Assembly: GCA_012295275.1 (NCBI GenBank)
Contig: CM022677.1
Coordinates: 10,540,001-10,604,000 of the forward strand
DNA length: 64,000 bases
Source of the DNA: Chrysomallon squamiferum
Taxonomy: Eukaryota; Animalia; Mollusca
Direction: 5' to 3'
Made by a program: the position numbers and the translations under genes. Below are positions 13,796 through 29,263 of the stretch, in pieces (position 1 is the stretch's first letter; the number at the start of each line of letters is the position of its first letter). The notes beneath the pieces are model-generated. The model had not been told where the DNA came from. It was given only the letters and a program-made list of their open reading frames with translations, and ran no database searches.

Positions 13796-15038
13796 CGAAA
13801 TAAAAATAGAAAGGTAAATAGATATGTGTATGTATGTGTGTGTGTGTGAGTGTGTTCCAAACCATATTACAGACTGGGTTTAAAATCTATAGAACGTAAA
13901 TATATTTTACTGTTCTTTAGGTTCTTTTTTTCTGTTTCCTTTTTTTCCCATTGCACCATCATTTGGAGACTCCATTGTGAATTATCTCAATATGAAACCA
14001 GCACAAATTAATTTTTATATTGTATTAATTAATTAATTAATTAATTATTTTATTTTAATTTTTTTGTTATATTACACTATATTACATTAATATTTATAAT
14101 TTTTTATATTTATTTATTTATTGAATATTATTAATTAATTAATTTATTTATTTAATTTTGAAGATTATTTTATTATTTTTTTAATTTTATTTTAATTAAT
14201 TATTTATTGTTTATTTCATATTAAATTTATATTTTTTATATTTATATATTTATTTATTTATTTATTTATTTATTTATTTCAGGTATTGTAGATTTGGGTG
14301 AGAAATGTTATTCTAACAGCAACTGTTTTGAAAACGCGGTATGTGCTGTAGTTGATGGTGTCAAGAAATGTAGATGTAAAACTGGAACCATCCCGTCAGA
14401 CAATTTCCAGAGTTGTCTTGCAAGTTAGTAAATTTATTACTTATATAGTACTAGTAGTTTTTGTAGTGTAGTTGTTGTAATAGTAGCAGCTACAAGGACC
14501 CTAAGATATAATTTCTCATAAGACAGAGATAATTGCTAAAAATACGACTGAAGTATTGTTATTAAGATTTTGTAAACCACTCTCAGTTCTTCTGTGGTGA
14601 TGATCTAGTTTGTAACAACAGTGTCTGCAGTTGTAAAGATGGCTTTTGAGTTGCTACTTTGCTTGAACATAAAACGTTCATTCTGCGAGGATACTCTATA
14701 CGAAATGAAATGAAATTATGTACGTTTTATTATGTATTTAATAACCACAACAAACCAGGTAAGTTCATTAACCTTTTATTTTCTTCAGTTACTAAATCAT
14801 TTTTAATAAGTTTAAATAAAGTATACAAAAATATGAGTCATCTTTAAATATATATATATATGTTTGTTTGTTTGTTTATTTATTTATTTACCTTCAGTGC
14901 CCATGAACTTGGACCATGTCTGCACAGATGATAGTTCTTGTCCAATCAATTCTGTCTGTCGTATTTCAAACTGCAAAAGACGTTGTGTGTGTAAACCAGG
15001 ATACACAGAAGCCAATCAGAACTCAGCTTGCATTAAAG
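13482..15038 (+). CDS. 5' part of EB-module gene copy C; coding exons 13482-13536, 14283-14423, 14898-15038 (dead exon remnant at about 14587-14719); probable 5'UTR exon ending at 13075
   Basis: Signal peptide MFVTCLIFVVVAHVHNIHG, then two open 141-nt phase-1 exons: GIVDLGEKCYSNSNC...SCLA and PMNLDHVCTDDSSCPINSVC...ACIK. The continuation is lost in the N gap. Confidence 0.75.
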
Positions 15039-15436
15039 GTAAGATTAGAATAATGAGAATAGCAATGTGGTATTACAATGAATTACATTGGTATTAATGA
15101 AGAACTTAGAAAGTTTTATCATTTATTTTCTCATTAGTCAGAAAATAGGTACAATTCTTTTGGTCATATACCTGTACTATTTGAGCATATTGTAAAAAGA
15201 AATTAGGTTAGCGATAATATTAACTTATTTACTTATATATTTTCATATTTATATATTCATAAAATTAATTACTTATATTTTCCATTTGTGAAGAAGAATA
15301 GCATCAATTTAAGGTTGATTAGCAGTAAATATGTATAACTTATCTTGGAATTGTGATATATTTATATATCTATATCTAGATCTAAATATGTGTGTGAGTG
15401 TGTGTGATTATATACAGACATATAAACTCTTTATAT

Positions 15437-15636
15437 NNNNNNNNNNNNNNNNNNNNNNNNNNNNNNNNNNNNNNNNNNNNNNNNNNNNNNNNNNNNNNNN
15501 NNNNNNNNNNNNNNNNNNNNNNNNNNNNNNNNNNNNNNNNNNNNNNNNNNNNNNNNNNNNNNNNNNNNNNNNNNNNNNNNNNNNNNNNNNNNNNNNNNNN
15601 NNNNNNNNNNNNNNNNNNNNNNNNNNNNNNNNNNNN
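15437..15636. other. Assembly gap (200 N)
   Basis: Run of exactly 200 n, so probably a placeholder length. Confidence 1.
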
Positions 15637-16228
15637 TACTGCTATCAATGCTTGTTGTTGCTGTTGTTGCTGCTATGCTATCATGCTGTTGTTGTTGCTG
15701 TTGTTACTGCTACTATCATGCTGTTATTACTGTTGTTATACTACTATCATACTGTTGTTGCTGTTATACTACTATCATACTGTTGTGCTGTTATTATGCC
15801 TATCATTGTTGCTACTACTATCATACTGTTATTACTGTTATTACTACTACTATCATACTGTTATTACTGTTATTACTACTACTATCATACTGTTATTACT
15901 GTTATTACTACTACTATCATACTGTTATTACTGTTATTACTACTACTATCATACTGTTATTACCACTACTATCATACTGTTATTACTACTACTATCATAC
16001 TGTTATTACTGTTATTACTACTACTATCATACTGTTATTACTGTTATTACTACTACTATCATACTGTTATTACTGTTATTACTACTACTATCATACTGTT
16101 ATTACCACTACTATCATACTGTTATTACTGTTATTACTACTACTATCATACTGTTATTACTGTTATTACTACTACTATCATCCTTATTACCAGTGTTACT
16201 GCTAAGTTACCTGCTACTACTACCACTG

Positions 16229-16263
<35 letters not shown>

Positions 16264-16290
16264 GTAACGATTACAATAATAACTACTACT
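15637..16290. repeat. Minisatellite built from trinucleotides, unit about 30 bp (actactatcatactgttattactgttatt)
   Basis: Direct tandem copies that degrade at both ends and abut the gap. Confidence 0.9.
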
Positions 16291-16695
16291 ACTATTTCTA
16301 ATCTTGTAAACTAAAATTTGTTTTCTATGATCAAAATTTGTTTATGATACCTTTTTTAATATTAACAATATCATTTGTTTACTCTGTCTATATTTAGTTA
16401 TGTATGTTCAACTCGTGTATAATTAATTTATTACTAAAACACGTGTCAGTGATAACATGACTTACTGTCTTACTGACTTACTAATTTTCTGACAAAACAG
16501 TGATTTAATAAGATACGCAGACAAACACACACACACATACGCACATAGACACACACGCACACAAATACACACATACATATATACAGACACACAGACACAC
16601 AGACACAAACGGAGACACACACAATTATATTAATATAATATAAAAATATATTCAAACCCAAAGAATATTACTACTACTGCTATAACTACTAGTCT

Positions 16696-16742
<47 letters not shown>

Positions 16743-17106
16743 TATCTACTACTATTAGTGTTACTTATACCACTGCTAATGTTAATACAAATGCTAATGC
16801 TGAGGTTATTTGTAAAAACTAAATTGTTCTGTAAATTATAATTTCATTGTGATAAAATTGTAAATCGTCTGAAATTGCCAGTCATTTGTTTAATGTAATA
16901 AAATTTAGTTGCATTTTAATTAACTATATTATATATTGTAAATTCGATTATTTCTACGGTCACATTTGAAATATTTGTTATCAGTGTTCAGTTTGGTAAC
17001 TTGTTATTAAAACACGAGTGAGCGAAACAAGACCTACTAATCTGTTTTGTCACTTTTCTTTTCTGATGATCAACAAATTTGCTTTAGTACAAAGTCAGCT
17101 TTACAA

Positions 17107-17211
<105 letters not shown>

Positions 17212-17436
17212 CCTGTAATTTTACCTATGAGGTCAATGGTTTGATTTTTAAACTGAAGACTTACCCAGTATCAGCATCTATGTAACCTTCTGATCTTCCT
17301 TTCAACATGAATGAAAATTCAGTATGTAACTTTTAAAAACCTTTCGCTTCTGTGAAACTGCCAGAAAAGAAATGTAAAAAAAAAAATTAAAATATTTATT
17401 ACTTCTTTATAACTTCTCGATTTTTATTATTACTCC

Positions 17437-17498
<62 letters not shown>

Positions 17499-18247
17499 GT
17501 TCCTAACAGTCGATCTGCTTTATATATCTCTGTCTATTTATTTATTTGTTTTCATTTTCTAAGGTAAATTAGAATCATAAGCTAGCAGTCGACGTTTTTT
17601 CACTTCGGGTCAAATCAGTGCGTTTGTGATTTTTATCTTACATTTCTTGACAGCGATTTACTTTACTGAACCTACGAATTCATATTAAATCAAATATGCA
17701 CATATCCTGTATGCAAGCATGTATATGTGTGTATATGTATGTGTGAGCATGTGATTTTAATATGAGTTCGCAAACACATACACACATGTTTGTATGTATT
17801 GCTGTATATATGTATGTGTGTATATGCGTGTGTGTGTGTGTGTGTGTGTGTTGTAGTCAAGCAGCCGTTATCTCTTCCCCCTCTTCCAGATTCTAAAATT
17901 ATTACAGACTGCGAAAACATCATGAACATAGTTGAATGTTACTGTTTATAAGAAAAAGTAATATTCGGGTCTGTATGGCTTATGCGACAACAGAAAATAA
18001 TCAGAATGTCTAATAGTAAAATTTCCCTGTTGTAACTAATTTTCTGACAATTCAGTGATTTAATAAGAGTACAGACCTGATATCAAATATTTCTCTCCAA
18101 CAATCTGCTGACCGCGTGACTGACCCAGATAAAACACTTCTTAAAATAAATCTTTAACCTTTGTTGTATTCAAGATAACACTAGGTACAGAGGAAACACT
18201 TGGTTTAATGGTTTAATGTAATTTAAAATATTTGAAATAAAATTCAT

Positions 18248-18291
<44 letters not shown>

Positions 18292-18689
18292 TCCTTTATT
18301 ATCAAATTTTTCTATGTTTGATATTGTTAATGTCCTGTGTTTCATCTATTTAAATTTCTTTGCTTATGAATAACTGGATTCTGTACTGAAAGTTGTTCAG
18401 CTTGTTATTGAAACACGTGTTAGCGATAAATAATAAAAGCACTGAATCACGTTAACTACCTAACTAAACTGAAAACACGTTATCTGTTTTCATAGACTCC
18501 ACACAGGCAAAATGTATAAACAAGTTAAGAAAAAAGACCATAATAAAAAAATAATTAAAAAATTTCTTCTCGATGTTCATCTCAAAGTTTGCTCCAACCT
18601 GCAAGAAAAAAAAAAAAAAAAAAAAAAAAACAATATTTAAGTAGGTCAAATGACTAAAAAGTAAAATCTATAAAATAACCTTAATAATA

Positions 18690-19480
18690 GTTTTAGGGTC
18701 AGGGTTAGAAATAGACTTTGCATAAGAATTAAAGTTAGGCACTTCTTTAGCGTCAGAGTTAGGGCTTAAGGTTAGGGTTAGGGTTCGGGCTCGGGTTATG
18801 TAAATTTTATTATGAGGGTTATGATAATGTGGAAATAATTTTAGGCTCACGATTAGAAGTAGCGTTAAGAATCAAGGATCGGGACTTGAGTAAGATTAGG
18901 TTTAGAAGTTCGGCTGTGGTTAGCTTTAGGATGAGGGTTAGGGTTAGGATTAGGGTTAGTGTTAGTGTTAGGATTATTCAAAGTTTATTATGAGTCTTAT
19001 GATAATCTGCAAAACAGTTTTATGATCAGAGTTAGTATTAGTGTTAGGGATAGAGTCGGGGTTAGGCTTAGGGTTAGGATTAAGGTTAGGGTTAGGGTTA
19101 ATTTAGGGTTAGGGTAAGGGTTAAGGTGATGTTTATTTAAAGATTATTATCAGTGTTACGATAATATGCAAAATAATTTTAGGGTCACCATTAGGAGGAG
19201 CGTTAATGTAAAAATCCACGTTGTGGACTTAGTTAGGATTAGGTTTAGAATTTGAGCTAGGGTTAGGTTAGGTTAGGGTTAGGTTAGGGTTAAGATTAGG
19301 GTTATTGTTTGGGTTAGACTTAGGATTACGGTAGTGTGGAAAATAGTTTTAGGTCAGAGTTAGAGATAGGGCTCAATGTTAGGGATATTGTAAATATTAC
19401 TATGAATGTTATAATAATAATAAAAATAATTTTAGCATCATCATTAGAAGTAGCCTTTGCGTAAGAATTAAGGTTTGAGG
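18690..19480 (+). repeat. Degenerate interstitial (TTAGGG)n-derived satellite with higher-order unit
   Basis: Runs of ttagggttagggttagg alternate with a recurring block ttatgataat.tg.aaa.taattttagg.tca..attag.agtagcgtt at about 18820, 18997, 19157, 19327 and 19410. Confidence 0.85.
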
Positions 19481-20813
19481 GTATTGGCATTAAAATTACC
19501 TCACGTCATTAGTTTTACACTATCAACAAATTCTACCATGTATAAACAAAATTCTAAGACGAAGATGTTGTAAAAATGAAACTAACTTCGTCCTTCAGCA
19601 AGCATCATATTATTATTTTAGATGTCATAATATGCGACAGTTTTGGCAGCCGGAAAATAACGATGATCCCAAATAAATCTTTCTTTGAAAAATGATTTAA
19701 ATTGAGATTGATAAAAACGAATTATCAGATATTTTCTTTTTAGGTGCAGCGTCACGTAATATACCAGACAAACAGAAAGATCCATTTGCTGTATTCATCA
19801 ACCTGTAATTAATTATCACATTTTCCTGTAATAAAGCCTTCTGATAAAATCACCACCACTGTTTATGTGACAAATTTATTATCGAGTGATTTTTAACTCG
19901 TTACAGTCATGCAGAAACAGTGGTAAGATTTGTGGCCTCTTCCTTATGAAACCGGAAAGTATAATCAGAAATATGGAGGACCTTCTATAGTAATATTAAA
20001 TAACAAATTATGTTCAGAGTTATTAAAGTAATTAATAAAATATTAAGTTATTTTCGTTGATTTTAACTTTCGTTGTATAAACTGCGCTTCTGATAACTTG
20101 AGAATAAATGACCAAAACGTGACTTTTCTTCTTTTTTAAAAACTTTTTCAGTATATTTTAACCTTGAGATATCCCGTTTATTTTGTAATAGGAGCACTGT
20201 TCATAAACGTGAATTGACACTGAGCAAAAATGATATAAAATATAGGTTATTTAAACCAAATCTCAGTGTATTCATTAAAACAGCTCTACTGGCAGTAATT
20301 ATAAACTTTGCATTAAATACATTTGCAGAAAATGATTCATCCTATTAAAGTATATTAATTTACACTACTGCTAGGAACTAAAGGATAATTACTGTTGTGA
20401 CATTCAAGTTAATAGAAAATTAGACTTTTAGACAAAAAGTGAAGATTAATTACAGACTGATGGTATGAATCAACATGAACCTTTTAAAGTGAAATGCTTA
20501 ATCGCTTTAAATTAATGTGGTTTACACAACATATTTAACAAATAATTAGATGTGCAAGGCTACAAAATCAAGACAGGTGAGATACATTTTTTTTTATTCA
20601 ACAAATATTATCTGTAAGTAAGTCTTCTACAGTCAGAACAGAACATTAACAAGTTGAGAATAAATTTTATTATGTATCACAGTTTATTATGAATAAACTG
20701 AGTTTCTAGAGTCATAATAATGTTTCATTAATAAGTTGAGAATAAAATATATTAATGTGAGTTATTGTTGTGTAAATGAATAAACTTGTTTCATTTTATT
20801 TTTCATTTTTTTA

Positions 20814-20868
<55 letters not shown>

Positions 20869-23800
20869 TTATTATTATTAAGGACTTTTCTTTATTTTAT
20901 TTTATTTATTTTATTTTATTATTATTATTTTTAATATACAAACAAAAAAAACACCACAACAATCCAACATTCACCTCAGTACTCATTTATAATTTTAATA
21001 AATAATAATAATAATAATTATTACAGATAAACCTGAATTTAATCATATGTCATGTTAATAATAAAAATACTGACAGTGAATACAACGTAAATTCCGACGC
21101 GCAGTCTTTCTTCAGATATCTTTAGAAATGTAATTCTCAGTTTGTCAGTATAACCGTTGTGACTCTAAAAGCCTTCTCTCCATCTGCAATCTTAATACCG
21201 TATAAATTATCCAGAGAATTTTATATATAATAAATAAATTGTGAAAAAAAAAAAAAAAAAATAATAATAATAATAATAATAACACACATATACTCACACA
21301 ATTCCTTAGTTGTTATTAAAGTTTAATTTTTTTTATCACTTAACCTGTTCTATAATTCTCGATTTACACTGATTCTACATTCTGTCATATTAACTGCGCT
21401 CCTACTAAACATGATTTTTTTTTTTCATAAATAAAAATGAAATATTTACTCTATTTATACGGCGTTATTTGATTTTAATAACCTTATATCACCTTTCTTT
21501 TCTGTATTCTCTGATTGTTAAATACAAAATGTTTGACATTATACAGCGCCTTTTTTCACAATAATATGTGGGTAAGTAACAGAAAACAACATTGCGCCGT
21601 TTCTTAAACTAAATTTTGATAACCTTGACATAGTCGAAAAATAAAATGTTATTTTCAGTTACAGCACAGAAGATTTTGATATATTTTATTAAAAACGGCA
21701 TTAACTTGATAAGATGAATAATTTTCTGCAGATAACTCGTGCCTGTCTGACTTTTCCTATTGTTAATAGAAAAGTATATCAATTAATTTTCTGAAAGGAA
21801 ATATTTCTACTATAAAATAAGAATATAATTACCGAGATATTCAGTTTTGCACCTAATAAAAAGAAATAAACGGAGAAGTCTGGGAAAAGGGAAACTTATT
21901 AATGTATTTTCACTCAGTCATTCTGTATTTTATCTATATTTATCTATTATTATTATTATATTCAGAGGTGATCTAATATAATGAAATATTAATTTTCGAG
22001 GTAAACAACAAAAGTTCTTGATTTTTTAAATGTGTTTTGATAATGACGTGTAAAAATATCAGTGTTAAACAGCAGTACAGTTATTATAAGATTCAGGTAA
22101 TTTTCGCTCATTATCTCAATTTATTCCTGTAAACTGCTGGTAGTAAAATAAAACGTAAATTCTGTCCAACGTTCTCAAATTATCTTCAGAAAACTACGCT
22201 CCTAGAAACTAAATATGATATTTATGTCATTAATTCTCGAATATAAATTGCTGAGATTCCATTAATGTAGCAGCTAGGTTTTAAAGTTATACTATTCTGT
22301 TTTTTACAAAATATTTTTAAAGTTTTGTAGACGACGTATGGATAGGCATGTTTTATTGTTGTTTTTTATTATATAACTTACAAATTATAACAATAATACA
22401 GTAGACATCTCCTAGTAGAATAAAATATTTTAAAAATTTTGTATTGTTTATGATATGGATAGACATAAATTTAATTTAAACATCACGTTATTTTCAATCA
22501 ATTTATGATATAAACGTCGTTTTATGACAAAATCTCCTCGCGTTTTACAAAACAGAAAACTTCACTCAAATCTCTCTGTGAATTTTAATTTTAATGTCGT
22601 TTTATTTGAAAAATTGTTTATGATTCAAAACAAGTGATAAATCATAATTCAAAATTATTTTTATTTATTTTTTTTTTTTTTGTAGAGAAGAAACAACTTT
22701 ATTTAACATAAACGTCACAATGGTTTATATATATATCTAATTATGTTATATATTTCTGAATTTACAAAACAGAAAACTGAATGCCACTATAAAATAAAAG
22801 GTTAGATTCAGATTAAAGTGATTTTGATTAACAACAGAACAGTTTTCACTAGCAAAATTAAATTTTAAATAAGAATCCACTCATGTTTGTTGATACGTTG
22901 ATAATACATGATGTTAAGGAATAATATTTATCTTGTCATCATGAGCGCAGTTTTCACAGGTAATTTGAAACTGAACGGCGACATTTACTAACGCTATCAA
23001 GATTATTCTTGAAAAGCCGATAATATTCCTTTAGCTGTATCCAAGATTATACTGACAGTTTATATATATATATATATTATGATGGAAAACATAGGTAAAC
23101 GTAATAAAATATCGATGTAAACAATGGTACTTTTACTACAATTTATTCGCATAAGCTGCAAAGCTGGTAGTAAATTAAAAACGTAAATTCCGTCCAGTAG
23201 TCTCAAATTACCTTGAGAAATCTGCACTCACACAAATTAAATATAAATTATAAATATATTGTCAATATCTAACTGATTCAAATTGCATAAGCCGTACAAA
23301 TAAAGAAAATAACGTTATTTTTTTAATGACGTCTCATTTTTATCCGTATAAACTTTGCCAGGTACTAGACATTTTTTTAAATATATATATATCTCATAAA
23401 CAATTAAAAAAAGAAACACCATAAGCTAAGCTTATCCAGAAGCGCAGTTTCTAAAGCAAAGTGTAGAATCAGGGTAAATAATATGATATTTTATATTCAT
23501 TTCACAATGTTCACCTTTTCCTCTATTTTTTATTTAACATTATCTTAGCCTCGGAAACTTGTTTTCTAGGTAGACTGTAAAACTGATGACGTAATCGAGA
23601 CATCGCGTGTCACTTTGCGTCTGCTACAAATAAACGGAAAGATAATTGATAATTTTAAATAAGAAATATTTACTTGTTGACAGTACTATACAAAACCAAA
23701 GCAGATATCATACGATGAAACCTACAGAACCCTCAGTAATGGGTCTAGGTTCCTGTAAAATGTACATTCATTTTTATTTTCATAAATAACAGAAAATAAG

Positions 23801-24060
23801 TTATCAACGTTACAAAAGTAATTTAAAATAATTAATTTTATTTATAACCCTGAAACAATAAGTTTTATGGGAGAGACACAGAAAGTATATAAACTATTAG
23901 GGAGATGTACAAAAAGAAGTTGTTTAAGATTTGTATATATATGAAACATACACAGTCACGTACATACCGTTTGAGAAAAAATCGACGTATTAAAGGAACT
24001 TTAGACAAAATCTTACTAATATTATAAAATATATGGGAGTAATATACACATACACACACG

Positions 24061-24178
<118 letters not shown>

Positions 24179-25216
24179 TTTCTAGTTCATAAGTCGGTAT
24201 AAAAGTGTTCAAGTGACTGTCAAAAACGAAGAACTGGGTTTCTTTGTACCCTCAACTTTGGAGCAGTTATTTTTGGCGTGCTGTGAATACATACTTTATT
24301 TACTTACACATTTATTTATTTACCTTTCCACACACTTTCTTATTTAAAATGTTTCCATTTTTTAATCTATTATTTTTCCTCTTTATTGTTATTTCAGTTT
24401 ATATATTTTACTTGTGTTTTGTGTTTGTAGAATGTGAAACAGCATAGTGTGTGTGTGTGTGTGTGTGTGTGTGCAGAAGAAAATTTGGATATGTATGTGT
24501 TTTCAGAGGGCATGGTAGGAGAAATAGATGCAAACATAGAGAGACAGATGTGAATGTGAAAGGATGAGTTGGTACATACATGTTATCTGTGAGAAAGAGT
24601 TAATGTTTTGTTGTCAAATAACTGCTGCATATGAAAGACAGTGTCCGTGTTTATGTATAAATAAATACAAGTTCAATGTTATTTGATGGTTGTTGTCTTT
24701 TCAAAAACCAAAGAAAAATGATATAAAAATAGAGATAAAAAACAGAATTATTAACTGGATTATTTTAATAATTTATTCTTATATTATTGATTTTGAATTG
24801 TTATTAACATTAAAAGACATTTGTAGATAGCTGAAACTAATCAGATTAAAAACTAATTTTAGCACTATTAAAAAAGTCTTTTTTGAAAAAAAGATTTGCA
24901 GTAATTTTTATTTTAAAATAAAAATAATAATAAAATTTAAAGAATTAAAAATTAATTTGCTTTGATTATGGCGTCATTATGACAGCCTGTGATATTATCA
25001 AATAAAAGTGAAATGGGTTCATAGTACAAAATCTTTAAGGCTTATATCACAGTAATTTATAATTGGAATGCATTGTTAGAAAAGTGGTCTTTAGTTTTGT
25101 CTTAAAATGCACATTTTTGAAATAAATTTGTACATGTTGTATGAAAATTCATTGTTTTTACTAAAAAAGGTAAATAACTTTAACGTGTTTGTAAATATAC
25201 AAAAAAGACTGAGTGG

Positions 25217-25296
<80 letters not shown>

Positions 25297-25914
25297 ATGT
25301 TTGTTTTCCTAACTCAAATAAGAAGTATATATATAAATAATGATTATGTCAGGTTATCTTTTGCTAGTTGACAACAAATACACAAGACGTTGATCAATAT
25401 ATACATAATAAAAATAAAAACACACAAAGACTATTTTTTCTTTATTTATTTTTGTTTTAAATTGTTTGAATGTGCCTTAACATGTATATTTTATTGTTAA
25501 GCAAAAACTCCAAACATTGCTAAAAATATTTAAAATACTGAATTTGCATAATCTTTCAATATCTGTTAGAATAAAAAATGAAAATTTGAATCTGAAAGCT
25601 GGAGAAATACTGACTATAATTCTTAAAAGCAAAGATTGTAAGGGACTATTTGAATTACTTTGTTTGTTGTCATATGCATTTCTGAAGTTTTACCAGATTT
25701 CCTTGTGTCTGTATTAGGACCCCTGCTACTTACTTAAGTAAACAAGTTTCTTTCTCCAGATGATAACTTGTGCAGGGCAATTGCTAGTGATGTCTACCAA
25801 TTACACCATAATAAAACATGAGGGCTTATTTTTGTACAAACAAACCAGCTTTAATTTCTATGCAGCTTGGAAACATTAAATACCAATATGTACTTCATTT
25901 TTTAGAGACCCTTT

Positions 25915-26680
25915 ATTTCCCCTGATTTAAATAATATAAAGAAAAAAAAAAAGAATTTGTTTTTTTTTATAAAAAATTCTAGATTTCTTTTTTGCCCTTA
26001 ATCACACAATCTTCAGAATATGTACACAGTGATTACATAATTTTAAATATATTTACACTAATTACCCGAACTAACGCTTGATTTTCCCCTGATTTAAATA
26101 ATATAAAGAAAACAAATTGTTTGTTTTTTTATATAAAAAATTATAATTACCACTAATTACACAATTTTAGAAACATGTACACAATGATTACCCCCAGCAA
26201 ACCACTTTACTTTGATAGAAATATTTTCCCCGATTTAAATAATATAAAGAAAAACTATTTTTTTCATTTTCTATGGGTTTTTTAATAAAAAATTCTAATT
26301 ACATAATTTTTAATATATTTACACTAATTACCCAACCCTTGATTTTCCCCTGATTTAAATAATATAAAAAAGAAAAATTGTTTTGTGTTTTTTTTTACTT
26401 TTTATTTTTTTGATAAAAATTTCTAATTACACCTAATTACATCATCTTCAATTGTATTTATGTTGTATTTACCCTTGGTTTTCCCCTGATTTAAATAACA
26501 TTAAAGACATTGATTACCCCCAATTTAAATAATAATGAAAAAAGATGAAAGAAATGTTGTTGTTGTTGTTGTTTTTTTATAAACATACTAATTACACCTA
26601 ATTACAAAATTTTAAATATATTTAAACACTAATTACCCCCTGCAAAACCCTGATTTTCCCCTGATTTAAATAATATAAAA
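25915..26680. repeat. Irregular tandem repeat with core ttttcccctgatttaaataatataaag and ctaattac motifs
   Basis: The core is seen at about 25915, 26081, 26224, 26343, 26478, 26515 (partial) and 26653. Confidence 0.85.
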
Positions 26681-29263
26681 ATTAATATCTCTATGCACTA
26701 TCACATTAATTTTAGCTTGTTTACAAAGATGGCATTCCATAGAATGATGAATCTCCATTCCTCTTTCAGCGAAAAAGTTAAAACAACCAAGCAAACCTCA
26801 ATGATAAAAACAGAGCAAGCTGCTATGAAATACAATGTGTACACTGGATGTTCTGATCACATTGACAATGCAGTCTCTTGGAGATCACTGAGTTACAAAT
26901 TACATTTCAGACAGATTTTCTCTTGAAAGTGTTGAGCTTTCTCTGGACAAGGAAGACTGTGATGTAAAAGCATTCTTATGCTCTAGTGAACCTTTTCTGA
27001 AAATGTGTCTTACAACATTTTCAACTGAAGTGCTGGCTGAGGCAGCTTGAATCTGTTGTCTAGGATCCTACAATAAAATATAATATTCATTAATAAAGTA
27101 AACATAAAATAAAGTGCAAGTAGTATTTTTGTTGTCAATATTTCACTGTCTTAGCAAGTAGAATTTTAGTCCACATTTTTATTTTTTCCAACTAATTTTA
27201 ATAACAAAAATAATTTATTAAATGGTTTTATATTCTTAGTTTAATTTTATTTTTTGACTTTGACATAAAAGCATTAAATGAGCAATACACCAGTAAGAGA
27301 GATTACAAAAAAATGTTTTAATATATTTGAATAATTCTATTAATTTGTTAAAATGTTGATATTTACACTGTTTTAGTCTTTTAGTCCAGTTTACGATGAC
27401 TGCCAGGAATATTAAGTAAATAAACATTTTAAACCTATATAGCTATTCATTAGACAGTAAGAAAATAGTCTTCTAATACTGATTCTACTTGAAATACTAA
27501 CATGATGAAAATACATTTGAGATTATTCTTACAATCTTTAATTAACAGTTGTTATAGTTACATCATTTATAATAAATTATTTGATTATTAAAATATTTCA
27601 TTGTAACATACTTTCCTGCCACTTTAATATAATAAAAAATGTGCCCCTTTTTTCAGATTAATAATGTTCTGTTCACAAATCTATTAGGCTCTCATGCAAA
27701 TTATTACAAGGTTTGCATAAACCATTATTAAATTGATTCTATACTATCTAAAGTAAACATCATTTATGAAATATTTATATAAAATTATTAATACTATTCT
27801 GTGCACAAAAATAAATTTTACTACTTTTAATTAAATCCATCCTTAATCAAATGAGCTATAAAACACAAAAGTGAATGAATAAAACATACCATTATAGGAC
27901 ATTCAATCCACACATAGACATGGATCTTTTAGATCCTGGACAAAAAAAATTAAACCCGTTCATAATTAATAAAAATAAATAAAACAATAGTTATATAGAT
28001 TATATTTTTAATCAAAAAAACAAAACAAAAAAAACAACAACACACACACAACAAACTACTACAACCTAAAAACAGCAAATAATACAACTTTCACCTTATA
28101 AATTGTCTTCTTTAGTGTTGAAACACAATTAGAAAAAGAAAAGACAGTGTTAACTTACTTGGTCTCTTCAAGTTCTGTTTGATCTTTTTTGTGTGATCGT
28201 TTTATGTTCCCAACACGAGTAACCATTACTTCCCACTAACACATGGAAATCGCTCTGTGAAAATATATAATATTTATTAGTATTAAAGGTATTTTATCCA
28301 TTTTTGTCAATGTAAATTATTGCTAAATATAAGTGAGTATGCAACATAAAATATAAAAGGTAAAAAGAGCAAAAAAATAGTAAGTGGAGAAAGTGAACAG
28401 AAAATAAGGGTAAGCAGTAGCCAAGCTGGTCAAGAAGTCGCTATTACAAGGATGTCAAATACACAGAATAATGAGATGTTCATCTGCACCATTTTATCAG
28501 TCAACACCAGTTCAACAGTCTCAGCAGTCACAGTATGGACAATACAGACAAACTAATGATCCCACTGTCAGTATTCTGTTTAATTTCACCAGTTGTGCAC
28601 AGTCAAGATGTCAGTATAAAATTAGCTACTTTGACTAGAAAGTTAGATATAATGTGTGATAAACTGGAAAAATTGAACATGGTCAAAAATCGTTTGAACA
28701 GTATGGAAATAATTGTACAAGATATCAGTGATAAACTGATTGATATTAAGAAAAAAGTACAAGATATGGAAAAGGTATGAATTACATTCACTAATAACAG
28801 TATGAAACTTCAAATATGTGAATTAGAAACTGAGTTTGGTAACTTAAGAGAAAAACAGAAACTCGTTTCATGTGTGACAATTTAATCTTTAGTGGGAAAC
28901 CAGAGGAAGGCACAGACAAGGAGTTGAAAAGTTTTATAAAAAATGAAATGAAAGTAGAAAATAATACTGACTTTGACAAGAATGAATCCAATGGGGAAGA
29001 AGTTTGATGGATACATAAGGCCTATTGTTGCCAAATTCATTTTATATAAAGACGTAGAAATATTGAGAAGAGCTGCACCCAAAATACTTATAAACAAACC
29101 ATATGGGGTTAATGAACAATTAGTGAAAGAAATTAATGTCAGAAGAAAATTACTATATCCAAATTACAGCATAAAGGCAAGGGTAAAGACTGGTCTTAAA
29201 TGGTGATAAACTGTATATCGAGGGCAGGCTGTTTACACTGGAGAGGATGGGACAGAAGCCAGG

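Noticed and set aside
15331-16314. Long ORFs of 185-327 aa in three frames
   Set aside because: They span the N gap and a stop-free minisatellite, and are open in all frames.
25915-26680. CRISPR-like spaced repeat
   Set aside because: Eukaryotic context, irregular spacing, mutually related spacers and no cas genes.
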